A stretch of 33,096 bases of DNA from Stramenopiles sp. TOSAG23-6 (taxonomy: Eukaryota): NCBI GenBank assembly GCA_900128565.1, contig LT635956.1, positions 1 to 33,096 on the forward strand, written 5' to 3'. The notes beneath the pieces were generated by a model. The model made no database searches. It had not been told where the DNA came from and saw nothing but the letters and a program-made list of their open reading frames with translations. Numbering within the stretch: the first letter of the stretch is position 1; the number at the start of each line of letters is the position of its first letter. Shown piece after piece: positions 9,771 through 21,400 of this stretch. Made by a program: the position numbers and the translations under genes.

Positions 9771-10568
9771 TTATTTTCGTCTATAAATGTGCACTGAGGA
9801 TTGTCCCCAAGACTGGTGATATTTTTGTTTCAAAATCAATTCAAAACAATCTGATAGTAGAGGTTTCGTGTTTGTAATGAATATTGCACCTGACTGCAAG
9901 AGCTTTCCGCAGACTGAAATTTTCTCCATTAAATTTCCATCGAAGCATGTACTATTAGCAAAAATTATATCACCAATGGACCAATTAAAATATTTCCGTG
10001 GTTTTATCTCTGAATTGGAAGGACTCTTCACAGAAGAAATATCGGCCTGATAAAATTCTATTGTGGTTGGAATTTTTTTTCCCTTTACTTCACTAATATA
10101 CCTTTGGTGGCAACTCTCTGCAAGCTTATGTAAAGTTGGCATTAGCTCTATCCCAATACAACGATTAAATTGTATCCATGGTTGAAGTGCCGCCGAATAT
10201 ACAGTATTTCCGGCCCCGGAACCCAAGTCAATAAACGTCAATTCGGAAGACATTGGTTTACAGTGCTCCATAATATATCGCAAAATTCGACAAATACTAG
10301 GAAACTCCATTACGCCATACGTAAATTTTGGTACGTATCGTTCTCCTCGCTCTACACGATCGGTTATAGAAGCCGCTTTTGCGTCTTTGTAGGGAATAAC
10401 TATTTTTGAAAATGATATTTCAGCCGCAGTCTCTTCTGGTGTAGGTCCTTCGCCTCCTAACCAAATGTCCACAGTTGTAGAATCCGAGTCACTGTCAAAG
10501 TCGCCGAGTGTGTGTAATTTTGTGCTTAAACTATGCATTAGGCATCCAATACTGGAGTCACCACTCAT
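9771..10568 (-). CDS. DOT1-like class I SAM-dependent methyltransferase
   Basis: TYGVM, FIDLGSGAG (motif I), CIGIEL, FYQADI, DIIFANSTCF and terminal SWG..SVHIYRR. Confidence 0.8.
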   Translation of the reverse strand: MSGDSSIGCLMHSLSTKLHTLGDFDSDSDSTTVDIWLGGEGPTPEETAAEISFSKIVIPYKDAKAASITDRVERGERYVPKFTYGVMEFPSICRILRYIMEHCKPMSSELTFIDLGSGAGNTVYSAALQPWIQFNRCIGIELMPTLHKLAESCHQRYISEVKGKKIPTTIEFYQADISSVKSPSNSEIKPRKYFNWSIGDIIFANSTCFDGNLMEKISVCGKLLQSGAIFITNTKPLLSDCFELILKQKYHQSWGQSSVHIYRRK

Positions 10569-10745
10569 ATGAAAATAACTCTGATTGATTTAGATTACTT
10601 TAAAAAATAACCGGAAAGAAGGGCAACTTGCACCGAAATAACGGAAATAACGTCTTTTCCGTTATCTCCTATATTGTATTATTACCTCTAGCTACACCAG
10701 GTCCTACGTACGTACTAAGGTACTACAGAATCCTGAGCTAGTACC

Positions 10746-12243
10746 ATGGATTTTACTGCAAGTAACATGAACTTCGATGAAGAATTGCAAGCTAAAAGTC
10801 CGATAGGGAAGAGGACAACTATCTTTCAGAGAGCCCGGAACGTAGTAGCGCACAAAACTATACGTATAGCAACAGAGCAACCCGATTCAATGTATACAGA
10901 AGCCTCTGATAACTTCTTCCGTCACGATCAGGAATTACAGGACCTTCATCGAAATGTACAATCCCTTGTAAGCGACGCAACGCGCTTTGCATCATCTTTA
11001 ACAAGGGTAATGGCTTCGCTTGTAACTTTAGGTGAAGATTCAACTATTGTTGGCGATAATGAGATGAGCCGACGAGAACACGCTAAAGTCTGTATGAAAA
11101 TAGCGACGCTAGTAGAACAAAGTTTTGTTCAGCCCTTGGAAACACAGGTATTAAATACACTTGATATAGCATGCTGCAAGAATAGAGAGACAAAAGAAAA
11201 AATGAAGGACCGTCTAAAAATAAAACGCGAATACGACGTAAGTTTATTTTTTTTTCATAGAAAAATTTGTATCAAACAAATTTCGAATTTGTTGAAACGA
11301 TCACTTTTCCAGTTTTCACTCATTTCTAAAAACCATTTTCTAATTTCACACTTCACAGCATTATGTCGAAAAATGTAACAGGTTAAATGTAGAATGTATA
11401 TCGCCATCGTCTTCGTTCAAAAACAAACAACAAACTGAGCAGAAACTGAATCGAAACCAGACTGTATGTTTTCTTTTTTTTTTCTTACAAAAAAATCGAA
11501 TTTTTTTTTCGTACGAAATTTTGTACCTAACAAAAAAAACATTTAAAAAACAATTCACAGTACATAAACTTTCCTTTGCAACTGAAAATTTACGAGAATC
11601 CACTGCTGAGTTGATGGGAGTTTTCAGTGATATGCGAAAACAACAGGCGCCAAAAGGTGCTAAGAAGGAAGCTGTGTGCATTTGGCAAGCTATTTCTGAT
11701 TTATTTTCAAAAGGCCATTCAATTTTCAATAATTCTATCCAATCCATCGGAACAAATAAAAATAATGAAACAGAAGAAATCAGAAAAGTTGAAGATGATT
11801 ACAACAATATTTTTGGAAGTGATGATACAAAAACGAATAGTTTAATTGAAAGTAATATCCTTGATTATAGTTCACATGAAAATGTCGGAAATACATCATC
11901 TCATAGTGAAAATGAATCTTTATATGATCTATATAGTGAAGCACTATCTCCACGTACTGAAAATGAATCTTTATATGATATGTATAGTGAAGCGCTGAAA
12001 TCAAGTCCAAAATTTAGTCATAATCCTACAATGTTGAATGAAACTAAAACCGAAAATGTAGACAATTTTAGTAATCCATTTGCGAACAACCCTAGTACTA
12101 TGCTGAATGAAACTGATAAAACAGAAAATGTAGACAATTTTAGTAATCCATTTGCGAACAACCCTAGTACTATGCTGAATGATAAAACAGAAAATGTAGA
12201 CAATTTTGGTAATCCATTTGCGAACAACCCATTTGAAAAATGA
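10746..12243 (+). CDS. BAR-domain-like protein with C-terminal NPF repeats; inferred exons 10746-11237, 11359-11463, 11566-12243 (~424 aa)
   Basis: Helical N-terminus; spliced product reads KDRLKIKREYD|HYVEK...KLNRNQT|KLSFATENL, as in BAR helices; the tail carries repeated NPF motifs. Confidence 0.7.
11238..11358 (+). other. Canonical GT-AG intron (121 nt) containing a decayed family core
   Basis: GAC|GTAAGT...TTCTAAT...TTCACAG|CAT, phase 0; its 5' half resembles the family core. Confidence 0.85.
11464..11565 (+). other. Intron of the repeated family (102 nt), inferred GT...AT ends
   Basis: ACT|GTATGT...TTTCGTACGAAATTTTGTACCTAAC...CACAGTACAT|AAA; the nearby CAG is out of phase with the GTATGT donor. 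Confidence 0.8.
11908..12234 (+). repeat. Coding tandem repeats: 2x ENESLYD(L/M)YSEAL and 3x ~66-72 bp TMLN..KTENVDNF(S/G)NPFANNP
   Basis: Near-identical nucleotide repeats visible at 11908/11959 and from ~12022 to 12234. Confidence 0.9.
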
Positions 12244-12463
12244 TAATATGGATACCGCGCGAATGCAAAACAATTTATTTACTTAAATTGTATTATTCAA
12301 TGAATAAAATTAATATAATTCGCACAAACCTGTTTTTTGTACCTAAATGTAACGGCGTTTCAATGTTCCATCATTTTGTATATCTTCTTGCAAAAGACTA
12401 CTACTACAATCTTTTTGTTGATTAAGGGACAAGTACACGTAAAGGTGGATTTTCTCTCTCACT

Positions 12464-15400
12464 ATGGGAGACTTATCACCTTTATCGCAACAGTTTCGTC
12501 TAAAGGTTCCACCACCTTCGCCAAGAAGTGGACGGAAATCACCGACACGTACTTTTAAACTCCCAGTACGAGAACCTGGCTCTCCAAGTGCAACACCAAA
12601 AGTCACATCACGAAAAACTTTCAAACGAGTAAAGCCAAGTAATTTTAATCATCCAAATCGTAATAATCTATCCAATCCATCGGTGCCATCATCTAGAGAA
12701 TCACGATATAGTCATTTTAATTCAAAGGAATATATTGCACCAAGCAATCGTATTGCTAGTAACTACACACCTACTGCTGCTGGGCTCTCGTTATCGATCA
12801 TTTCAGATGCACTCAGTGGTCGACCAGGCTTTTCGTCTCCTTCGCGTAAGGAACGATCAAAGCGTAGAATGAATTCGTCAAACAGTCGAACGGTGACGTT
12901 TTCGGCTAGCGATTTTGGGTCTGGGTCGCAAGGACGACGACACGATGACACCGCACGTAGTAACCCAAATTACCTTGACTTAAAGGTTAATCTTGCTCCT
13001 GGTGAAAATATCATTCTTCCTTCTCCTAAACGTGGAAATGAGAGATCAATGCAAGATTTGTTTGAGTGGAGTCCAATTTCAGAAGAAGGTGATGAAGTCA
13101 AGGCTAGCGATTTCAATATAACTAAAAAGACTCGAGGAATAACAGCATTACAAAGATTTAATTCTCAATATCTTCAGCGAAACGTGAATCGTTATTGGCG
13201 TGTACTTCTTAAACAACCTAATGATAAGCTTCCTAAACTTCGGGATACGTGGTTAAAGCATGCACTTATTCGTATGGGTATTATTGCTCAACCTGAACAT
13301 GAAAGTGTGATTGAAAACCTTTTGGTTGAAATCAAAGCTCTTTACTTCTGCTCCTTGCAACAAATTAATTTGGATTATGAAATCAAAAACCCTGATGTTT
13401 CAAATAGACTGAGTATTGACTATGACGCACTTTTATTCTCTCGAAATTGGATGGCTAGTCCAACATCTCAACAAATTATTCAAAATCCACACATGACATT
13501 TGATTGGAAAGTTCTTCGAAATACATTTATTAATAGCAAACGGATTGCCAAAAAGCGCTTACTCATCCAGACATTTTTTGATGTGCTGGAACAAACTATG
13601 CAAGCATTACAAAATATTTGGTATATTCCAAAACAGGTGAAAGACTCTCCACTCAAACATTCCAAGGCATTGGTAGATACAACATTTGTTGATGTTGCTA
13701 CTAAAGACTTTTATAAAATGCTTCCTCTGGAACCAGATCAGTTTTACGATTATGTAGTCAAACAGATAAATACGCATCGATCTCACCTCCGATCAGCTTG
13801 GCTTGACAAAATATTCACAATACTTAGTGCCGTTTCGAAGCGTATGATATCTGAACAATCATCGCCGCAAATGGAAACAACAGTTTCTAAAACAAAAACA
13901 AAAAAATCAAATGGGTCGTCAAAGGGTGTTCATCGCAAAACTACTACCACAAAAAGACACGAACGCAGTGATGAAGATGTATTGTTATCAGCCGCATCTA
14001 CAGTTATGAGCAAACAACTACGATCGTGCTCTGAAAACTCATTAAATGCACTTCTTGGTTGGATGGAATGGATGACTAAAGATAAGCCCAATACACACGC
14101 AGGTTTTCATATCAAGTTAAGTGTCACTCCCCATGTAAAAGAATTGTCAAAAGATTGGGACCAAAACAGCGCTGATAAAAGTGTAGCTATTGGAGACTCT
14201 GATGAAGAACCTGAAGACGACAAGGGCGACTCTACGTCTCAAGATAATTCACCGTTCACTATATCGCCTTCTACTGACGAAATGATTGATATACTAACAA
14301 AATGTGTTGAAAAGATCATGAATGCAGATCAAAACTTTCCATCGGCAAAGCAGCTTGTTTTTCCTGATAAAGAATCTCGTAATCGAACATTGAGTGCATG
14401 TCAAATGAGCAATGAATCTCCAATTGTTCTGCTCGTAAAGGAACGAATTGCTGAAATAGTGCAGAACAATTACTCTGCGCCTCTTGCTCTTCTCGCATCT
14501 TTTGAAAAATTCAAGTCTCTCTTTGATGGTACAGAAGAAGAAACTATCGGCAACACTATAGAACAGATTGAGGAGTTACAGGAATCTGATGAACCGGGAG
14601 CAAGCATTACTGTTCTTGAACTTGTTCGAAAGGAACTTGTTCGCTTGTTTGAAGTAGCGGAAGATGCGTGTAATTTTACTGAAGATACTGTGTTTTATCC
14701 AATGTTTCAGGTGGATGTTGTGGAGTTTAAAAAGGCATTAGAATCTCGAGCACTGTTACTTGCAGATAAGCTGATGTCTGTGGTAGTTCTCGAAAACCGA
14801 AGACAAATGAAATCACTCTGTAGTATCTACGAAAATATGGCCAATGTTTTGATGACAACACCCCAAGACACCACTGCTCTCCGTAAACTTCAAGACTATT
14901 GGATAAAATGCGACGAAATGTTTCTCAAAATGAAGAAAACAGCCAACGAAGAAGTACATAGTCGCGTGCTATTTGTTTTAGAATTGGGCAAATGTTATGA
15001 AGATCAGAATAATGCCCATTTATACGGTGAGGACATAATAATGTATGGGAAACTTTTGGAATGGCCACGGCACATTATGGATTTCCATGAAAGGTCGCGT
15101 ACAATGCAACAATCTAAGAAAGGAGAATTAGAGTCAGTTTTGATGATGCGAAAGAGTACATTTGAAGATGAATTGAAATCATGTTCACTCACATTGTCTA
15201 CGTTGAAAGCAGAGAGTGCCTATACACAAGCCATTGTAAAGAAAAATCTGGCCAAGATTAAGTCTCTAACTAAAGCTCTTGAAAATGCAGAAATGGAAGC
15301 TACTCGAATTAACGAGCAAGAAGTGGAAGTCGGTCTTGATGAACCTACTGGCTACATTGATGATATCAAAACAATGCAAGTTGAAATAAAACCTCTGGGA

Positions 15401-18400
15401 GAGATGTGGCAAAAAATCGAAGAATATTTCACGTACATGCAACAATGGACAAAAACACCGTTATATCAGTTAGATGCAGAGACAATTGAAAATGATGCTG
15501 ATACATTAAAGCGCAATTTTGGAAAGCTTAAGAAAACTTTCACAAAACTTGACTTGTTGGAGGCACTCAAAATTTCTGAGAAAGTTGCAATAAATGTTGA
15601 CACTTTCATGGATGATATGGTGCCACTTCTAATGCTAGTCTGTACACCAGGGTTGCGTCTACGTCACTGGAATAAAATTGCGGAAATAACAAGTCTGGAC
15701 ATTGAATGGCATCAAGAAGCTTGTCTTTCTGAAGTGACTGAGTTAGGTCTTCAAAATTATACAGCATCAATTGAAGAAACGTGTATTACAGGTGTCAAGG
15801 AGTATTCCCTTGAAAAGGCTATGGATAAAATGGAAGAAGAATGGCAAGGAATGACGTTCGAATTGACTGCTTACAGAGACACTGGAACACATATTATCTC
15901 GTCAATTGACGATATCCAACAAATTCTTGATGATCAAATTGTAAAGACCCAAGCAATGCGAGGATCAAGATATATAACACCATTTTTAGATCGTGCAAAT
16001 AAGTGGGAATTTATTCTCAAGAATCTTCAAGACATTATTGATAATTGGCTCAAAGTACAAGGTGTATGGTTGTATCTGGAACCTATTTTTTCATCTGATG
16101 ATATCAATAAACAAATGCCAAAGGAGGGTGAAATGTTTCGAGGAGTAGATAATGTATGGCGCGACTCAATGAAGAAAACATCTGACGAACCCGAAGTACT
16201 CAAAGTTGCTCAACGTAAAGGTTTGGTGAAAAGTTTGTTGAATGCGATTGATGTATTGGAACAGATTCAAAGGGGCTTGAATCAATATTTGGAAACAAAG
16301 AGACTTTTCTTTCCAAGATTTTTCTTTCTTTCTAACGATGAGTTACTTGAAATTCTTGCTGAGACAAAAGACCCTCTTCGTGTGCAACCACATCTTAAAA
16401 AGTGTTTTGAAGGAATCAATAATCTGGTTTTTGAAGATAATCTTGATATTGTAGCAATGAAATCTCGCGAAAAAGAACAAATTGTATTCGATTATGATAA
16501 GATTAATCATAAATTGGTGAATCCAAATGATGCCGCTGGTTGTGTTGAGGTGTGGCTCTTGCAAGTCGAAGAAACGATGCGTCGTTCAGTCGCATTACAG
16601 ACTAACTTGGCTATGATAGATGTAGAAGAACGAGAACGCACAGAATGGCTCACAATATGGCCTGGACAAGTTTGTATTAGTGTATCTCAGAAAAAGTGGA
16701 CCACAGAAGTAGAACAGGCTTTCCTCGATGATAATCTTTCAAGTGTATCACAGACTCTTCAGGATGGTTTAGTCAGTATTGTCAAACTAGTACGCGGGAA
16801 ACTTCCAAAACTAGCTCGAAAAACAATTTCTGCTATTTGTGTAATTGACGTACATAATCGTGATGTTGTGAAAAACATGTGCTCTTTAGGTATTGATTCA
16901 AAAACGGATTTTGATTGGATGGCACAGCTTCGATACTATTATTTCCCTGACTTTGGTTCTGAATTGACTGGAAAGCCAGGAACTATTCGATGTAGAATGA
17001 TATTATCAGAAATTAGCTATGCAAATGAATATTTAGGTAATTCAATGCGTCTTGTGATTACTCCATTAACAGATCGGTGTTACCGCACACTCATTGGTGC
17101 TGTCGCATTGGATCTTGGTGGAGCCCCCGAGGGACCTGCAGGAACAGGGAAAACAGAAACTGTAAAAGATCTTGCAAAAGCTCTGGCTATGCAATGTGTT
17201 GTTTTCAATTGTTCAGATGGTTTAGATTTTAAAGCAATGGCTAAATTTTTCAAAGGTCTGGCTTCATCTGGTGCATGGGCTTGTTTTGATGAGTTCAATC
17301 GAATTGTACTAGAAGTATTGTCTGTTGTTGCACAGCAGATTCTTACGATCCAACGAGCAAAGATCGAAAAGAAAGAAAAATTTCTATTTGAAGGTACAGT
17401 TATTTCTTTGAGAACAACCGCAAATGCGTTTATTACTATGAATCCTGGGTATGCTGGAAGAGCAGAGTTGCCTGATAACCTTAAAGCTCTGTTTCGCACT
17501 GTGGCAATGATGGTTCCAGATTATGCTATGATTGCAGAAATTATCTTATATTCGATGGGTTATTTATTAGGAAAATCACTTTCAGTTAAAATTGTACAAT
17601 GTTATAAATTATGTTCTGAACAGCTTTCAGCGCAGAGACATTATGATTATGGAATGCGGGCTGTAATGGCTGTACTCCGAGCGTCTAATAATTTGAAGCG
17701 AGCCGATATGGACAGAGGAAGTGGCGATACAGATGAAGATGTTTTATGTCTAAGAGCGATTATGGATGTAAATTACGCAAAATTTTTATCACATGATTTA
17801 CCTCTATTCAATGGAATTGTAGGTGATTTGTTTCCTGGAGTTAAACTACCAGAGATTGATCGAACAAACCAACTAAGAGCAATGAGGAAGGCTTGTAAAG
17901 TACTTAAACTACAGCCTACTGCGCCATTTCTTACAAAGACAGTTCAAATATATGAAATGATGGTGGTTCGTCATGGTTTCATGATTGTAGGCCTTCCATT
18001 TGGTGCAAAGACTTCGGCATGGAAAGTATTACAGCTACAAATGGGAATTATGAATGAATGGTATCCTGAGGATACTAGATGGACTCAAGTCCATGTCGTA
18101 GTAATCAATCCAAAAGCGCTAACTATGGGACAGCTATATGGACAATTCGATCCAGTTTCTCATGAATGGACTGATGGTGTGATTCCTATATACTACAGAA
18201 ATATGGCAAATAATAAAATAGGAAAGGCTCCAGACCGAAAATGGATGTTATTTGACGGACCTGTAGATGCTATTTGGATTGAAAATATGAACACTGTGTT
18301 GGACGATAATAAGAAACTTTGTCTAATGTCCGGTGAAATTGTTGCTATGAGTGATGTCATGAGCATGATGTTTGAACCAATGGACTTAGATGTCGCATCA

Positions 18401-21400
18401 CCTGCCACTGTTAGTCGAGTTGGAATGATTTATATGGAACCTCGTGATTTAGGATGGAGACCTTTACTAGATTCTTGGCTGCAAGGTTTAGTGGATGATT
18501 CTACGTATGATGAACTTGTTGATAAGAAAAGACAAATGGATGAAGAAGGTGAAGAAGACGATCGACCATTCTTGATTACATCTAAACAAGCATGTACTAT
18601 TGAGCTTATGTTTGAATGGTTGGTTGATCCTTTATTAGAATTCCTTCGAAAAGAAGTAAAAGAACAAAGTAAAACACAGGATCATTTCATGGTACAGTCT
18701 ATTATACGCATCGTTGAATCATTGTTAGAACAAACACTAATTGGTGCTCATGACATTGATAAAATGATGCGCGAAGCTGATAAAAAACAAAAAAAGAAAA
18801 AGAAGAAGAAAGGAGATGACGATGAATATGACCCCGATATACGGAATCGTATTACAGAGGAACTTATTGAGTCGATATTTTTAGTTGCGTGTACATGGTC
18901 TGTATGCTGCTCAACTGATCATATTGGGCGTGCGAAGTGGGATATATACTTTCGAAAATTACTCCAAGGTTCTGATTTTATTAAAGAAGAACACAAATCA
19001 GTTTATAGAGGTCTAAACTTAAGAGGTTGGGTTGCGCCTCGATTTGACCCAGAAGGTAAAAGAAATACTAGAAAGCTACAAAATCCAATTCCAGATGGAT
19101 CAATATACGACTATATGTACGTCCCACCTGAAAGCGCAAAGAAAAAGGGGAAATGGGTGACCTGGTTAAGTCAATTGAAAGATTTAAACGTCGCGAAAGA
19201 CGCTGACTTTTCATCTATTTGTGTACCAACGGTTTACACTGCATCTTTTGAGTGGATATTAAAGTTATTAGTTACACATAAGATCCCAGTTCTTGCATGT
19301 GGTCCAACAGGGACTGGAAAAAGTGTGTACATCCAGAATGTTTTGAATAAGCAAATGCCCAGAGATATAAATGGTTTTGGGTATGTAAATATTCAACTGG
19401 GGTTATCAGCAAAGACGACGGTCAATATGGTACAATCTATAATTGATGGGAAATTAGACAAAAGAAGGAAAGGTGTATACGGTCCGGCCGCAGGGAAAAA
19501 TTGTGTCATATTTGTTGATGATTTGAATATGCCTGAAATCGAGGAATACGGCGCCCAGCCGCCGCTTGAGTTACTGCGTCAATTAATAGGATCTGGAGGT
19601 TGGTTTGATATGAAAGACAAGACCTGGCGGAGTCAAGTAGATACACAAATAATTGCTGCAATGGGTCCACCGGGCGGTGGTCGCAATACTGTATCTCCGC
19701 GTACATTACGACATTTTAATCTAGTTTGCTTTGTTGAGTTTTCAGATGATACTTTACTCCGAATTTTTAGCTTTATCGCAAAATGGCATTTTGATTGCAA
19801 CAACTTTGATGCATCTATCAAAAAGAAGTCCAATAATTTGGTGAATGCGACTATTGATATGTATAACACTGCAAAAGATAATTTATTGCCGACACCGGCA
19901 AAATCGCATTACATATTTAATCTTAGAGATGTAGCTCGTGTAATTCAAGGTTTGCTCTTAGTTAAGCCTTACACAGATATTAACGTAGATGTTGTTACAA
20001 GACTTTGGTTGCATGAATGTCAGCGAGTATTTGCAGATCGCCTTGTAAACACCGAAGACGGTGATTGGTTTACTCAGAATGCTGGTACTCTAATATCTCG
20101 ACATTTTGGAACAACTTTAGACAAGGTTTGTGCTTCAATTGCCAATGAAGAGAAACAAGTAGGCCGTCTTGAGTTGCGAAGACTATATTTTGGAGATTAT
20201 ATGATTCCTGGTGCAGCAAGTAAGAGTTACAAAGAAGTTATTGAATTAGAGAAAATGAGTAAAGTATTTAATCACTATCTTGAGGAATTCAATTCAATGA
20301 CTAGAAAAAAAATGGACTTGGTGCTCTTTCAGTTTGCTATCGAACATTGTAGTCGGATAATTAGAATGATGAATATACCAGGAGGTAATATGTTACTTGT
20401 TGGTGTTGGAGGTTCTGGGAGACAATCTTTAACAAGACTTGCCGCATCGATTGCTGATTATGAATGCTTCCAAATTGAAATTAGTAAAAATTATACTACG
20501 GCTGAATGGCGAGAGGACATGAAAAAGGTTCTGATTGGTGCAGGTACCGGTCAACGCCCCTTCGTTTTCTTATTTTCAGATACACAAATAGTTGAAGAAT
20601 CATTCATTGAAGATATCAATAATATTCTAAATTCTGGAGAAATCCCAAATCTCTTTTTAGCTGATGAAAAAATGGAAATTGTCGATCGCATTCGTGGAAT
20701 AGCAAAAGCCACGTTTGGACGAAAGGCAGAATCAATGAATGCTGGTGATATGTACAACTTCTTTGTGAAAAGACTAAGAGATAGATTACACGTCATGCTT
20801 GCGTTTTCACCTATTGGTGATGCTTTTAGAGAGCGATTAAGAAAATTTCCTTCTTTGGTTAATTGTTGTACAATTGATTGGTTTATGGAATGGCCTTCTG
20901 ATGCATTAGTTGCAACAGCGGAAAGATTTTTGAACGACATCAAAGTAGACAGTGAAGAAATACGTGCGTCGATTGTTAACCTTTGTCAATTTTTTCATGA
21001 CTTTACTTTTGATTTGAGTAAAAAGTATTTACAGAAGCGTGGACGTCATAATTATGTGACCCCAACATCTTATCTTGAACTTATCAAAGCGTATAAAATA
21101 TCGCTATCGGAAAAACAAATTGAAGTTCGCGCCGCACGGGATAGATATACAAATGGTGTGCAGAAAATTGAATTCGCCGGAGAGGCTGTTAGTAAAATGC
21201 AAGATGAGTTAATAGCATTACAACCAGTTTTAAAACAAGCACAAATTGATACAGATAAACTCATGGTTGAGATCCAGGAAGCCCTTCCAGGTGTCGAAAA
21301 AATTAAAGCAAGTGTATCTAAAGAAGCTGCAGCGGCTCAAGTTGAGGCAGATAAATGTGCAGTGATGAAGAAGAGTTGTGAAGATGATCTTGCTGAAGCC

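Noticed and set aside
1-11565. Family introns as U12 (minor spliceosome) introns
   Set aside because: Donors are GTATGT/GTACGT/GTGCGT, not RTATCCTT, and the branch motif is TACCTAAC rather than TCCTTAAC.
12333-12350. TTTTTGTACCTAAAT as another family copy
   Set aside because: Intergenic, CTAAA rather than CTAAC, and no upstream GTATGT/CGTACG or family tail.
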